The notes under the pieces are model-generated. The model was not told the origin of the DNA, searched no databases, and saw nothing but the letters and a program-made list of their open reading frames with translations. The position numbers and the translations under genes are program-made. 64,000 nt of DNA from Desulfopila aestuarii DSM 18488 (GTDB taxonomy: Bacteria > Desulfobacterota > Desulfobulbia > Desulfobulbales > Desulfocapsaceae), in contig CAMBBS010000007.1 in NCBI GenBank assembly GCA_945863875.1, positions 25,259 through 89,258 on the forward strand, given 5' to 3'. Of the stretch, positions 1 through 8,710 are shown in pieces. The stretch's first letter is position 1; every line of letters begins with the position of its first letter.

Positions 1-49
1 CAGGTGAGGAGACAAATAGGTCAAAATGACCCGACGCTACGATGATGGC

Positions 50-1387
50 TCAATGTCCGGCATATTTTTCAAGTTTTCTGTACAGCGTTTTTCTGCTGAT
101 GCCGAGGGTTTCCGCGGTCTTTTGTCTATTATCATCAAAAAAGTGCAGCATTTTCAAAATATGATTTTTCTCAACGGACTCCAGCGTCAAGGCGCCCTGG
201 CTCTCTTCGGATATCGATACCAGTTCCCGGGGCAGGCATCGTTCGGTGATGATGTTATTTTCCGCCAGGATGATCGAACGTTCCAGCACATTGCGCAGTT
301 CGCGGACATTTCCCGGCCAGTTGTAGCGGAAAATACAGTCCATGGCCCTATCGACAATCCGATACGTTGTGTTGTCGGGACTCAAACGCATCAAAAAATA
401 ATCGACCAGCAGCGGCAGATCCTCTTTTCGCTGACTGAGGGAGGGAATTTCGATATTAAAGGCGTTAATCCTGTGAAAAAAGGCCTCGTTGAAACGTCCC
501 TGTTCCACCTCTTCGGCCAGGTTACGATTGGTGGCAAAAAGAAAGCGAATATTCACCTTTCGCTCTTCCTTTTCGCCAACCCTGCGGTAGGTCTGGGTCT
601 CAAGGATTCGCAGCAGTGAAGCCTGGACGCCCAGAGGAAGTTCGCCGATTTCATCGAGGAACAGCGTGCTGTCATGGGCATAGGCCATCAACCCTTCGCG
701 CGATTCGTCGGCTCCGGTGAACGAGCCTTTCATGTGGCCAAAGAGCTCACTGCGGGCCAGATCTTTCTGTAACGAAGCGCAGTTTTTAATAATCATCGTA
801 TGACCGGAACAGGCCGACCGCTGATGAATCAACCTGGCAACAACGTCTTTGCCGACCCCCGACTCCCCGGTGAGCAGAACCGGAATTTTTGCCGGCGCCA
901 CCTTGTTGATCAGAAACTTGATATCCTGGACGATCTGCGAATTGCCGATGAACTGCACGGGCTGCTGTTCAAGGCTGGTGTTATGCCGCAGGATGGTGTT
1001 TTCGCGGGAGAGCAGCACCCGCTGATGGGCCTTTTCCACAACTAGATCCAGCTGCTCAAGGTTGAAGGGTTTGCGAATAAAATCGCACGCGCCCAGCTTC
1101 ATGGCCTTCACCGCGCTGTCTATATCGCCATGGCCGGTGATCATCACCACTTCAATATGCGGCACAGTATCTTTAATCTCGATGAGGAGATCGAGATCAT
1201 GAATATCAGGCAGGCGCAGATCCATGACGATAACGTCGAACCAGTTGGTGCGTAAAATCTCCCGCGCCTGCCCGGCATCGGCGGCGGTGAATACTTCCCG
1301 TTGGTTTGTCGTCAGTTCCTTGCGCAGCAGTCTTCTGATGGATTCTTCGTCATCAATGGCCAGAATGGCGTATTTTTCTCGTTCCAT
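50..1387 (-). CDS. sigma-54-dependent response regulator (NtrC/AtoC-type enhancer-binding protein: receiver + AAA+ + Fis-type HTH)
   Basis: Lies in ORF 50..1489. Receiver 'AILAIDDEESIRRLL...DVIVMDLRLPD'. Walker A 'GESGVGKD'. 'GSFTGA' is a GAFTGA variant. C-terminal HTH 'TAETLGISRKTLYRKL'. Start moved to the ATG at 1385-1387 (MEREKYAILAIDD), which overlaps the kinase stop as TAATG. Confidence 0.9.
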   Translation of the reverse strand: MEREKYAILAIDDEESIRRLLRKELTTNQREVFTAADAGQAREILRTNWFDVIVMDLRLPDIHDLDLLIEIKDTVPHIEVVMITGHGDIDSAVKAMKLGACDFIRKPFNLEQLDLVVEKAHQRVLLSRENTILRHNTSLEQQPVQFIGNSQIVQDIKFLINKVAPAKIPVLLTGESGVGKDVVARLIHQRSACSGHTMIIKNCASLQKDLARSELFGHMKGSFTGADESREGLMAYAHDSTLFLDEIGELPLGVQASLLRILETQTYRRVGEKEERKVNIRFLFATNRNLAEEVEQGRFNEAFFHRINAFNIEIPSLSQRKEDLPLLVDYFLMRLSPDNTTYRIVDRAMDCIFRYNWPGNVRELRNVLERSIILAENNIITERCLPRELVSISEESQGALTLESVEKNHILKMLHFFDDNRQKTAETLGISRKTLYRKLEKYAGH

Positions 1388-2583
1388 TATAAAGTTATTC
1401 CCGGCAGAGATACCTTGAAGAAGGTCCCTTGCCCTTCTTTGCTGGTCACGGTAATCTCCCCGCAATGATTTTTTACGATTGAATAGCAAGTGGAAAGACC
1501 AATACCGATCCCCTTGCCTACCGGCTTCGTGGTAAAAAACGGTTCAAAAAGCTTATCGTGCAGCTCATCGGGAATACCACAGCCGGAGTCTTCGACAATC
1601 AACTCGATGCCCCCATGCGGGGCGGCATTGGTAATAATGCGAATAATATCGCCATCGGTGGTTGCATCAAAGGCATTGGTAAACAAGTTGATTATCACCT
1701 GTTTTAATTGTGATTCATCGCCCATAATAACCGGCAGGTCCGGCAGCAGGACGGTTTGCACGGCAATATTGTGCTGCTCTTTAAAATGATGTTTGAGAAT
1801 GAACAGGGTGTCCCTGACACACTGGTTCATGTCCACCGGGCCAAGACTTGCCGCCACCGGGCGACTGAAGGTAAGCAAGGTCTGGACGATATCGCGGCAA
1901 CGCAGGCACTCCTTAATGATGGTATCGGTATACTCGGTGAAATCCTCAAGAATTGCCGGTTCCACTTTACCATCTATTCGACCGATCCGTCGCTGCAGGC
2001 CCTCGGCAAAACCGCTTATCGCCGCCAGGGGATTGTTGATTTCATGGGCCACGCCCGCAGCCAGAATGCCCACCGTGGCCATCTTCTCCGCCTGATAGAA
2101 CTGGGCCTGAAACTCTTTTTCCAAGGTGACATCCCTTTTGAAGAGGAGCACATTTCTTTCTCCGGCGGGATCAGTCTTCAGCGGCGAGGCGATAATTTCA
2201 AAATGCCGGAATTTCTCGTCGACCTTATAGATGCAGAGATCCTTGACGATCTCCTCAAGATCGAGAGAACGCTGGGCCGGGCAGTCCGCACACTTGCTGT
2301 TCTGACCGCGAAATATCTCATAACAGAACCGACCGATGGGATCGATGGTCGGGAACCAGTCGGCAAACACATGGTTGACCCGCAGGATTATCAGATCCTC
2401 GGAGAGAACGAGCATCAGATCGGTAATTCCGTCGAGCACCGCCTGGATTTCCTTGCGTTTTTTCTCCAGCTCCAGATTGGAGGTTTTCAGCTGTTCCACT
2501 TTCTGCTGCAGTTCCTGATAGAAACCGAGCTTGCTATGCTCAATGCCGATCAGATCTTCCAGAGTGGTTGTTATTTTTACCAT
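1387..2583 (-). CDS. sensor histidine kinase, cytoplasmic, PAS-like N-terminus with a Cys cluster (CYEIF...KCADCP), HisKA + HATPase_c
   Basis: H-box 'GVAHEINNPLAAI'. G-boxes 'EDSGCGIPDE..LFEPFFTTK' and 'GIGIGLSTCYSIV'. No TM segment. Translationally coupled to the regulator downstream. Confidence 0.88.
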   Translation of the reverse strand: MVKITTTLEDLIGIEHSKLGFYQELQQKVEQLKTSNLELEKKRKEIQAVLDGITDLMLVLSEDLIILRVNHVFADWFPTIDPIGRFCYEIFRGQNSKCADCPAQRSLDLEEIVKDLCIYKVDEKFRHFEIIASPLKTDPAGERNVLLFKRDVTLEKEFQAQFYQAEKMATVGILAAGVAHEINNPLAAISGFAEGLQRRIGRIDGKVEPAILEDFTEYTDTIIKECLRCRDIVQTLLTFSRPVAASLGPVDMNQCVRDTLFILKHHFKEQHNIAVQTVLLPDLPVIMGDESQLKQVIINLFTNAFDATTDGDIIRIITNAAPHGGIELIVEDSGCGIPDELHDKLFEPFFTTKPVGKGIGIGLSTCYSIVKNHCGEITVTSKEGQGTFFKVSLPGITL

Positions 2584-3725
2584 ACTTCCTCACAAATTTT
2601 CAGCAGTTCCTGCCAGGAGGCCGGCCTCGGGTTGGTCAGATTACAGGCATCATTGACTGCCATTTTACAAATCGGTTTCAGCAGATATTTCTCCTCCTCG
2701 CCTATCTCTTCGCGCAACCTCTGTGTCACCTTGAAGGAGGCGAAAAATTCATCGAGCTTTTCAATTCCGGCGAGGGCGGTATCACGCGGCAAGCCGACCT
2801 TCCTGTTGAGAATCACCCGGCCGATATCGGCCAGTTTGGTTTCGGCATTTTCTAGATTGAAACGCATCACCGCGGTCAACAGTATCGGATGGACTACGCC
2901 ATGGCGCATATCAAAGTATCCCCCGAGGGAATGGGCCAGGGCGTGCTCCGCGCCAAGGCTGGCATTGCTGAAGGCCATCGAGGCGGAGACCGCGGCGATG
3001 CTCAGTTTCTCCAGACAGTCAAGAGAGCGTGATTCCACGGCGCAGGGGAGGTACCTGACGATAAGATCGATGGCCTTCAAAGACTGCATCTCGGTAAACG
3101 GCGAAGCGATAGTCGAGACATAGGCCTCGATCGCATGGGCAAGCGCGTCGACGGCGGACTGGATAATAAGCGTTCTGCTTTTCGTGCGCAGGATAAGCGG
3201 GTCAATAATGGAAATATTCGGCACCAGAGTACGGGTGATTATCGACATCTTCACCGCCCGCTGCACATCGGTGATGATACAGAACTGAGAGATATCCGAG
3301 CCGCTGCCGGCGGTGGTGGTAATGAGCATCATCGGCGGCAGCGGACGCTTGACTCGGTTCGCCCCTTCGTAATCCCTTATTTTTCCGCCATTACTGGCAA
3401 TGATGGCAATACCCTTGGCGGTATCCATCGGGCTGCCGCCACCGATGGCAATGATCACATCGGCACCGTTTTCCAGATAAATTTTAGCGCCCTCTTCCAC
3501 TTCAATATCCCGGGGATTAGAGGTAACACCCGAATAATAGACCCATTCCACTCCCTCCTTTTTCAGAATATCCATCAGCTGCTGCACCCAGCCGGCTTCC
3601 TCGATACCGGCATCACTGACGAGAAAAACTTTTTTTGCCCCAAGCCGCAAAGCACACTGACCGGCGTAATTCAGACTCCCCCGACCAAAAATAATTTCTG
3701 GGATGGCAAACTTGGTTATATCCAT
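2577..3725 (-). CDS. iron-containing (group III) alcohol dehydrogenase
   Basis: 382 aa. Contains 'IIAIGGGSPMDTAKG', 'ITTTAGSGSD' and a His-rich metal site 'AHAIE...HALAHSLGG...HG'. Overlaps the kinase start by 7 nt, so it is the first gene of a three-gene operon. Confidence 0.88.
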   Translation of the reverse strand: MDITKFAIPEIIFGRGSLNYAGQCALRLGAKKVFLVSDAGIEEAGWVQQLMDILKKEGVEWVYYSGVTSNPRDIEVEEGAKIYLENGADVIIAIGGGSPMDTAKGIAIIASNGGKIRDYEGANRVKRPLPPMMLITTTAGSGSDISQFCIITDVQRAVKMSIITRTLVPNISIIDPLILRTKSRTLIIQSAVDALAHAIEAYVSTIASPFTEMQSLKAIDLIVRYLPCAVESRSLDCLEKLSIAAVSASMAFSNASLGAEHALAHSLGGYFDMRHGVVHPILLTAVMRFNLENAETKLADIGRVILNRKVGLPRDTALAGIEKLDEFFASFKVTQRLREEIGEEEKYLLKPICKMAVNDACNLTNPRPASWQELLKICEEVW

Positions 3726-3835
3726 ATTTCTTCTCCACGGGTTGATTCCCTTACTTGCGCAGTCGACGGTGACGAGGTCTCATCGAAACGATATTCTTCA
3801 ACCATAGTCAGTGGCTGTATTTCCTGCAAATTACA

Positions 3836-3851
3836 TCGCAATTTTTATGCC
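3836..3851 (-). promoter_or_regulatory. candidate sigma-54 (-24/-12) promoter upstream of the alcohol dehydrogenase operon
   Basis: The minus strand reads aGGCAT-AAAAA-TTGCg. GG-N10-GC spacing is exact against the consensus TGGCAC-N5-TTGCW. It lies about 110 nt upstream of the ADH ATG, and the operon encodes its own sigma-54 activator. Confidence 0.55.
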
Positions 3852-4121
3852 TGATTGGCCAACACTGCAGCGGTGCGGTTTTCCTAGCGGCATGGCTATT
3901 GCGTACGGGTCAAAATGTCCTGTCATGTCCTCCGGGTTCACCCGCGAGAGTCTTGCCGGCGGGGTGATCCTGACGGGCAATTGCCTGCGCGGCCGCACCC
4001 TTGATTATGCAGTCAAGGCTATCTATATGTAGTGGATAGTTTGTCGCACGAGGGCGTCGTAAAAACTCTCTTCGCAAGCCGTTTACATAATTAACAATAC
4101 TCCACCATAAGGAAACCAGAT

Positions 4122-5204
4122 ATGAAAAACATTCTGCACAGCCCCCTGCGGCTCGGCCCAATCCAGCTACCCAACCGGGCAATCATGGCCCCGCTTACCC
4201 GGGGGAGAGCCGGCGAGTCAAGAATCCCCAACGATCTGATGAAAACCTACTATACCCAGAGGGCCAGCGCCGGCCTCATTATAACCGAGGCTACCGCCGT
4301 TTCCGAAGACGGCTTTGGCTGGGTAGGTGCCCCGGCGATATATAATGACGACCAGCAACAGGGGTGGCGGAAAATAACCACAGCCGTGCACGAAGCCGGC
4401 GGCCATATCTTCATGCAGCTCTGGCATATGGGACGGGTCTCCCATCCCGACTTCCTCAACGGGCAAACACCGGTCGGCCCCTCGCCGATCGCCGCCGAAG
4501 GCATGGCCGTTACCCCCGGGGGCAAAAAACCCTATGTGGTGCCCAGGCCGCTCACCGAAAAGGACATGACCGTCCTGCTCGGCAAATACGCCAAAGCGAC
4601 CGAAAGATGTCTGGAGGCGGGTTTTGACGGCGTCGAAATACATTCAGCCAACGGCTATCTGCTCGATCAGTTCCTGCGGGACGGGTCCAACCGGCGCGCC
4701 GACGAGTACGGCGGCAGCATAGAGAATCGCATGCGCTTTCCCCTGCAGGTTGTCGATGCCGTCATCAAGGTTGCCACAAAAGAGCGGGTAGGTCTGCGAA
4801 TTTCTCCGGTCAACCCGTTTAACGATATGCGGGACAGCAATGCCAGAGAGCTCTTTACCCGCTATGCGACAGAATTGGCGAAACGGGACATTGTCTACCT
4901 CCATGTATTAGAGGCGCTTCCCGGCCATTTTCTTTACGCTGAAGGAGAAGAACCTGTCCTGCCGCATATCCGCGAGGTGTTTGCCGGCATTCTTATCGCC
5001 AACGGGGGCTACACGCTGGAAAAAGCGAACGAACTGCTGGACAGCGGCGGGGCGAACGCCATCGCCTTCGGCACAGCTTTTCTTGCCAATCCTGATCTGG
5101 TGGAACGATTTCAGAGAAGGGCTAAACTCAACGTTCCCGACATGGCAACATTTTACACAGCAGGACCGGAAGGGTATACTGACTATCCCTTCATCGGGCA
5201 GTAA
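4122..5204 (+). CDS. Old Yellow Enzyme family NADH:flavin oxidoreductase (N-ethylmaleimide/alkene reductase-like)
   Basis: 360 aa. Contains 'LPNRAIMAPLTRGRA', 'AGLIITEAT', 'FMQLWHMGR', 'GFDGVEIHSANGYLLDQFL' and 'YGGSIENRMRF'. Confidence 0.88.
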   Translation: MKNILHSPLRLGPIQLPNRAIMAPLTRGRAGESRIPNDLMKTYYTQRASAGLIITEATAVSEDGFGWVGAPAIYNDDQQQGWRKITTAVHEAGGHIFMQLWHMGRVSHPDFLNGQTPVGPSPIAAEGMAVTPGGKKPYVVPRPLTEKDMTVLLGKYAKATERCLEAGFDGVEIHSANGYLLDQFLRDGSNRRADEYGGSIENRMRFPLQVVDAVIKVATKERVGLRISPVNPFNDMRDSNARELFTRYATELAKRDIVYLHVLEALPGHFLYAEGEEPVLPHIREVFAGILIANGGYTLEKANELLDSGGANAIAFGTAFLANPDLVERFQRRAKLNVPDMATFYTAGPEGYTDYPFIGQ

Positions 5205-5220
5205 GTAGTCGAAACAAAAA

Positions 5221-5251
5221 GGAGCTTCTGTCGCAGACGGACAGAAGCTCC
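5221..5251 (+). terminator. hairpin after the OYE gene (possible terminator)
   Basis: GGAGCTTCTGTC-gcagacg-GACAGAAGCTCC: 12-bp perfect stem starting 17 nt after the stop. No clear T-tract follows. Confidence 0.45.
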
Positions 5252-5633
5252 TGCAGAATCCCGCGCAAAATTCATCCGCCCACCCACAAAAAAACATCAC
5301 ATGCCGAAATTGTTTTTACTTTTCCTGCAATCTGTAAGGATTTCAGACCTCGTTAAACCGAACATCTGGCTGGTCATAACTAGTTGATTATGCATCATAT
5401 GACATGACAACTGGACAATCAAAGTCAAGAAAATAGGTTAATTTCGTCATTTTTGCAGTAATACGATACATTTTGATTTAATGAGAACTTAAATGTGTCC
5501 ATTAGTTTTACCTATTTTCAGGATGCATTTACGAGGTCTGGATTTTGTAAGATTTGCCGGGAATAGTTACGAGGAGCACTGACACCACACAAGGGGTACT
5601 CAACTGACTGGCAGTGATTGAGGAGTAAGGTAT

Positions 5634-6038
5634 CTAAAAAAGTAACCGGTGCCGCACCAGCTTTGGTACATGCGCACCAACAGAGGCAAGGACAAAGGCC
5701 AGTAAGACAGCGATCGGCGCCGAAAGGAAGCCATGAAAAGCCGCACCGAGCAGAAGAAGCTTGCAGGCAGTAGTCACGCCGCACAGTTCACGGTAAAGCT
5801 GACGATGTCGCATCCATTCGGTGAAAAGCAGGGCCACACCGCTGCCAAAAACAAGGACCAGATATAAGGAGGGCGGATGACCGATCCCATCGACCAGATA
5901 AGTTGCCAGAAACACCGCTGCGCCGACCTGATGAACCGCCCTGATAAGAACGGAAAGGTTCAGAACCCAGTAGGGTCGCATACCGATTCGCCCCATTTTA
6001 TTTCCCACACAGCCTGTTGGTTCCTGTTTTTCCGCCAT
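5634..6038 (-). CDS. small integral membrane protein, unknown function
   Basis: 134-aa ORF with 3-4 hydrophobic segments (VLNLSVLIRAVHQVGAAVFLATYL, LYLVLVFGSGVALLF, LLLLGAAFHGFL, IAVLLAFVLASVGA). No recognisable motif. Start uncertain. Confidence 0.4.
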   Translation of the reverse strand: MAEKQEPTGCVGNKMGRIGMRPYWVLNLSVLIRAVHQVGAAVFLATYLVDGIGHPPSLYLVLVFGSGVALLFTEWMRHRQLYRELCGVTTACKLLLLGAAFHGFLSAPIAVLLAFVLASVGAHVPKLVRHRLLF

Positions 6039-6070
6039 TACTTTACCTGTACGTTACAAGTGGTCACCAT

Positions 6071-6384
6071 ATGACACCCGAAAGTACGATCTCCTGGCAA
6101 AACATATCATGTTCATACAAATTATCCGTCCTGGTGGCCATCATTTTTCCTTGTCTCAGCCGACTAACCAATAACAGACTGAAAAAAAAGATACAAGGGC
6201 AGAAGGTACTTCGAGGAATTATCCCGATCTGCTCCCACTGCAGACGGATAAGAGACTGTATGGGGACTGGAGTGGGATAGAGGATTACATCCAGCGACAC
6301 CCAGAAGCAAGATTCAGTCACAGCCTCTGCCCGAACTGTGCACAGGTGCACTATCCAATGCTCGACGAATTGGAGAAAAAATAA
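6071..6384 (+). pseudogene. small one-TM protein ending in the 'ICSxC(K/R)(K/R)IRD...W..IE.YI..H....FSH..CP.C' Cys/His tail, interrupted by a 1-nt frameshift
   Basis: Frame A (6071-6280) gives 'MTPEST...LRGIIPICSHCRRIRD' and then stops. The frame offset by +2 (equivalently -1), from 6256 to 6384, gives 'LYGDWSGIEDYIQRHPEARFSHSLCPNCAQVHYPMLDELEKK*'. There are 26 nt between the Cys codon and the Trp codon where the motif needs 27. The break is next to a GGGG run. Confidence 0.6.
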
Positions 6385-6554
6385 TCCGCCGACCAGATAA
6401 AATCGGCCAATTCGGGCAACAATCTCGGAAAAGGAATGCTCACAAAGGCCATCAACGGCAGATCCTAATGTGGACGACCTGCCGTTGATGAAAATTTTAC
6501 CAAAAACGCGCCGTAAAGCCATGCCCTCAGGTCGGGGATACAAGGCGTAAGCTG

Positions 6555-6740
6555 TTACTCCAGTGCCTGTTGCTGTTCGACATAGTGCCGCATAATGGAG
6601 ATCGGCGCACCGCCGCAGGAAGGTGCAAAGTAGCTCGGACTGCAAAGAACATCTTTGTCATACCTTTCGTCTATCCCGGGATAACGCTTCCCGGAGTATT
6701 TCGGTAGCTTTTCCGTCCAACACTTTTTTCCGCTATCTGG
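6555..6740 (-). pseudogene. tnpA: IS200/IS605 TnpA (Y1 transposase) C-terminal fragment
   Basis: A 61-codon open frame not in the ORF track: 'PDSGKKCWTEKLPKYSGKRYPGIDERYDKDVLCSPSYFAPSCGGAPISIMRHYVEQQQALE*'. From memory it matches the family C-terminus '...EFP.LKKRYWG..LWSPSYF..S.GGAP...I..YIE.Q'. The N-terminal two thirds, including the HUH motif and catalytic Tyr region, are missing. Confidence 0.6.
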
Positions 6741-6753
6741 TCACAAAGACCAG

Positions 6754-7356
6754 ATGAAGGTGCATATTGAAAACGCGATGTCTTCCGGTTCAAGAAAAAA
6801 GACCAGGGCATCGATTCCTTTCAATACCCGCAAGGTTTCAAGCTGCATGGGGCTCGGGTTTCCCTGCCCAAAAGAGGATGGGTTCGGTTTATCAACAGCC
6901 GGGAGATCGGGGGAGCACGAAGAAATGTCACCGTGTCCAGGCGGGGGGATCATTGGTCTGTCTCGATTCAGACCGAGCGGGAAGCTGAGCATTTGAAGAG
7001 AAGGGATATGGCCAGATCGGCATCGGCAACAAGCGAAGCACCAGGTAAGAAGGTCCGGGCCAAGTCCCGGTTGAACAGCTCGCTCCTCGACCAGGGATGG
7101 TTCGAGTTTCGCAGGCAACTTGAGTACAGGCTGGCCTGGAATGGGGTTTCGAGGAACACGCCGATCTGGTTGGCGCCATACATTTCAAAAGGGCAGGACA
7201 TGCCCGGTTCGCCTGTGCAGTGAGTGGTGCCGTCATGCCGCCAGCAGCAGGAATCCACCAAAACAACTGCTCAGAAGCGTATGCTCATGCGTAGGTGCTG
7301 TTGGAATCCTCGGTCTTCAGGCCGGGGAGAATGTCAAAGCAACCCTGCTTCTTTGA
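6754..7356 (+). pseudogene. tnpB: TnpB (IS605 OrfB, RuvC-like RNA-guided nuclease) remnant with frameshifts and an internal deletion
   Basis: One frame gives 'KSRLNSSLLDQGWFEFRRQLEYRLAWNG', the typical '..LN.SILDAGWGEFRRQLEYKA.W.G' block. The sequence then jumps out of frame straight to 'FEEHADLVGAIHFKRAGHARFACAVSGAVMPPAAGIHQ', the typical '..HADlNAAiNI.rAGhA..AC...'. The 'P.YTSQ.C..CG...C..CG' zinc-finger block between them is absent. The N-terminal half is absent or scrambled. Confidence 0.6.
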
Positions 7357-8335
7357 AATACCTGACAGCCCCGTCATGCAGCGGTGCGGAAAGACCATCC
7401 TTAATCATCTCTTCTTTTTTCAGATTAGTAAAGGCGGGATGCAGCTTCCTGAAATCTTCAAAATTCTCAAAAACAGCCTTGACCACATGATAAATAGTAT
7501 CTGCAGGTACTTTTGCTGAAGAAACAAAGGTTGCTCCGACACCAAAAGTCTTGGTATCCGTATCGGTTCCGTGATACATACCACCGGGGATGATTGCAGT
7601 ACGGTAGTAAGGATTATCGGCAATGAGTTCATCGATCTCTTTGCCGGCGACATTGACGACAACCGCGTCACAGGCGGTTGTTGCTTCCTGAATGGAGCCG
7701 TTTGGATGACCAACTACATAGACGATGGCATCAACCTTATTGTCACACAGCGCAGCGGACTGTTCGGAAGCACTCAACTCCGAAGCGAGTTTTAAGTCAC
7801 TGATGGTCCAGCCATATTTTTCCAGGACAACATCTATGGTCCCCCGCTGGCCCGAGCCAGGATTGCCGATATTTACCCGCTTGCCTTTGAGATCTGAAAA
7901 ATTCTTAATTCCTGAGTCGGTTCTGGCCACGACGGTGAAGGGTTCAGGATGCACCGAGAAAACTGCCCTGAGATCTTTGTTTGGACCGACTTCTTTAAAC
8001 TGGCTGGTTCCGTTATATGCGTGATATTGCCAGTCAGACTGGGCAACACCCATGTCAAGCTCTCCCCCGGCAATGGCATTGAGGTTATAGACCGAGCCGC
8101 CGGTACTCTCAACTGAACAACGAATTCCATGGTCCTTTTTACTCTTATTCACCAGGCGGCAGATGGCACCACCCGTCGGATAATACACGCCGGTTACCCC
8201 TCCGGTTCCGATGGTAACAAAAGTCTGTTCCGCCGCCTGGGCGAATTGCGAGACAGCGGTCAGGGTAAATACAAAACAACAGATAATGGTTACGGCCAGT
8301 CTGCTCGTAATCTTCATACAGTTTCTCCTTTTCAT
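7334..8335 (-). CDS. TAXI-family TRAP transporter solute-binding protein
   Basis: 333 aa. Signal peptide '[26 protein letters not shown]'. Contains '[25 protein letters not shown]', '[26 protein letters not shown]' and '[13 protein letters not shown]'. Confidence 0.85.
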   Translation of the reverse strand: MKRRNCMKITSRLAVTIICCFVFTLTAVSQFAQAAEQTFVTIGTGGVTGVYYPTGGAICRLVNKSKKDHGIRCSVESTGGSVYNLNAIAGGELDMGVAQSDWQYHAYNGTSQFKEVGPNKDLRAVFSVHPEPFTVVARTDSGIKNFSDLKGKRVNIGNPGSGQRGTIDVVLEKYGWTISDLKLASELSASEQSAALCDNKVDAIVYVVGHPNGSIQEATTACDAVVVNVAGKEIDELIADNPYYRTAIIPGGMYHGTDTDTKTFGVGATFVSSAKVPADTIYHVVKAVFENFEDFRKLHPAFTNLKKEEMIKDGLSAPLHDGAVRYFKEAGLL

Positions 8336-8421
8336 GTAAATTTATAGTGAATGTCCCCAATGGACATACTGCGTAAACATGTACCAGCAACGAAATCTCC
8401 TTAAAGAATCCCGGTTCTTTC

Positions 8422-8462
8422 CCGTTTGCCAGGGTTAGTTTTCTCTCATTTTCGGCAAACGG
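8422..8462. promoter_or_regulatory. inverted repeat CCGTTTGCC-N23-GGCAAACGG in the TAXI / kinase-pseudogene divergent intergenic region
   Basis: 9-bp perfect arms, about 90-125 nt upstream of the TAXI start. Function unknown. Confidence 0.2.
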
Positions 8463-8710
8463 AGAGGACGCGTGCCACCTGGCATACTATTGTAAAAACT
8501 GCCTGTACAAAGCAAAATAAACAGATTTGATAAAACCTTCAGTTTTTTCCGGCTGAATTCCCTTTTATTATTGTTATTGATTATATTCTAATCTGAGCAG
8601 TAATTTTGTAACCGTTCACCGGAAACCCCCAAAGACACTATTTTCCAGGTTGCAGGTAGTTACCTGTGCCGCTCCTTTTTTCTTGATGCAATCGCGATGC
8701 GCCTACCCCG

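Larger units (their letters stand above)
6449..7356. mobile_element. IS200/IS605-family element remnant (end hairpin + tnpA fragment + internally deleted tnpB, divergent)
   Basis: Combination of the three features listed next. The 12-bp hairpin CATCAACGGCAG-N17-CTGCCGTTGATG (6450-6490) lies about 65 nt beyond the tnpA stop, where IS200/IS605 subterminal hairpins are found. Confidence 0.55.

Noticed and set aside
1756-3123. 455-aa plus-strand ORF
   Set aside because: It is antisense to the histidine kinase and alcohol dehydrogenase, both of which have clear catalytic motifs. This is a typical long shadow ORF in GC-balanced coding DNA.
6064-6645. 193-aa minus-strand ORF
   Set aside because: It overlaps the plus-strand Cys-tail gene and the region between it and the tnpA fragment. 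It has no motifs and an implausible composition. The real minus-strand signal here is only the short tnpA tail at 6555-6740, in a different frame.
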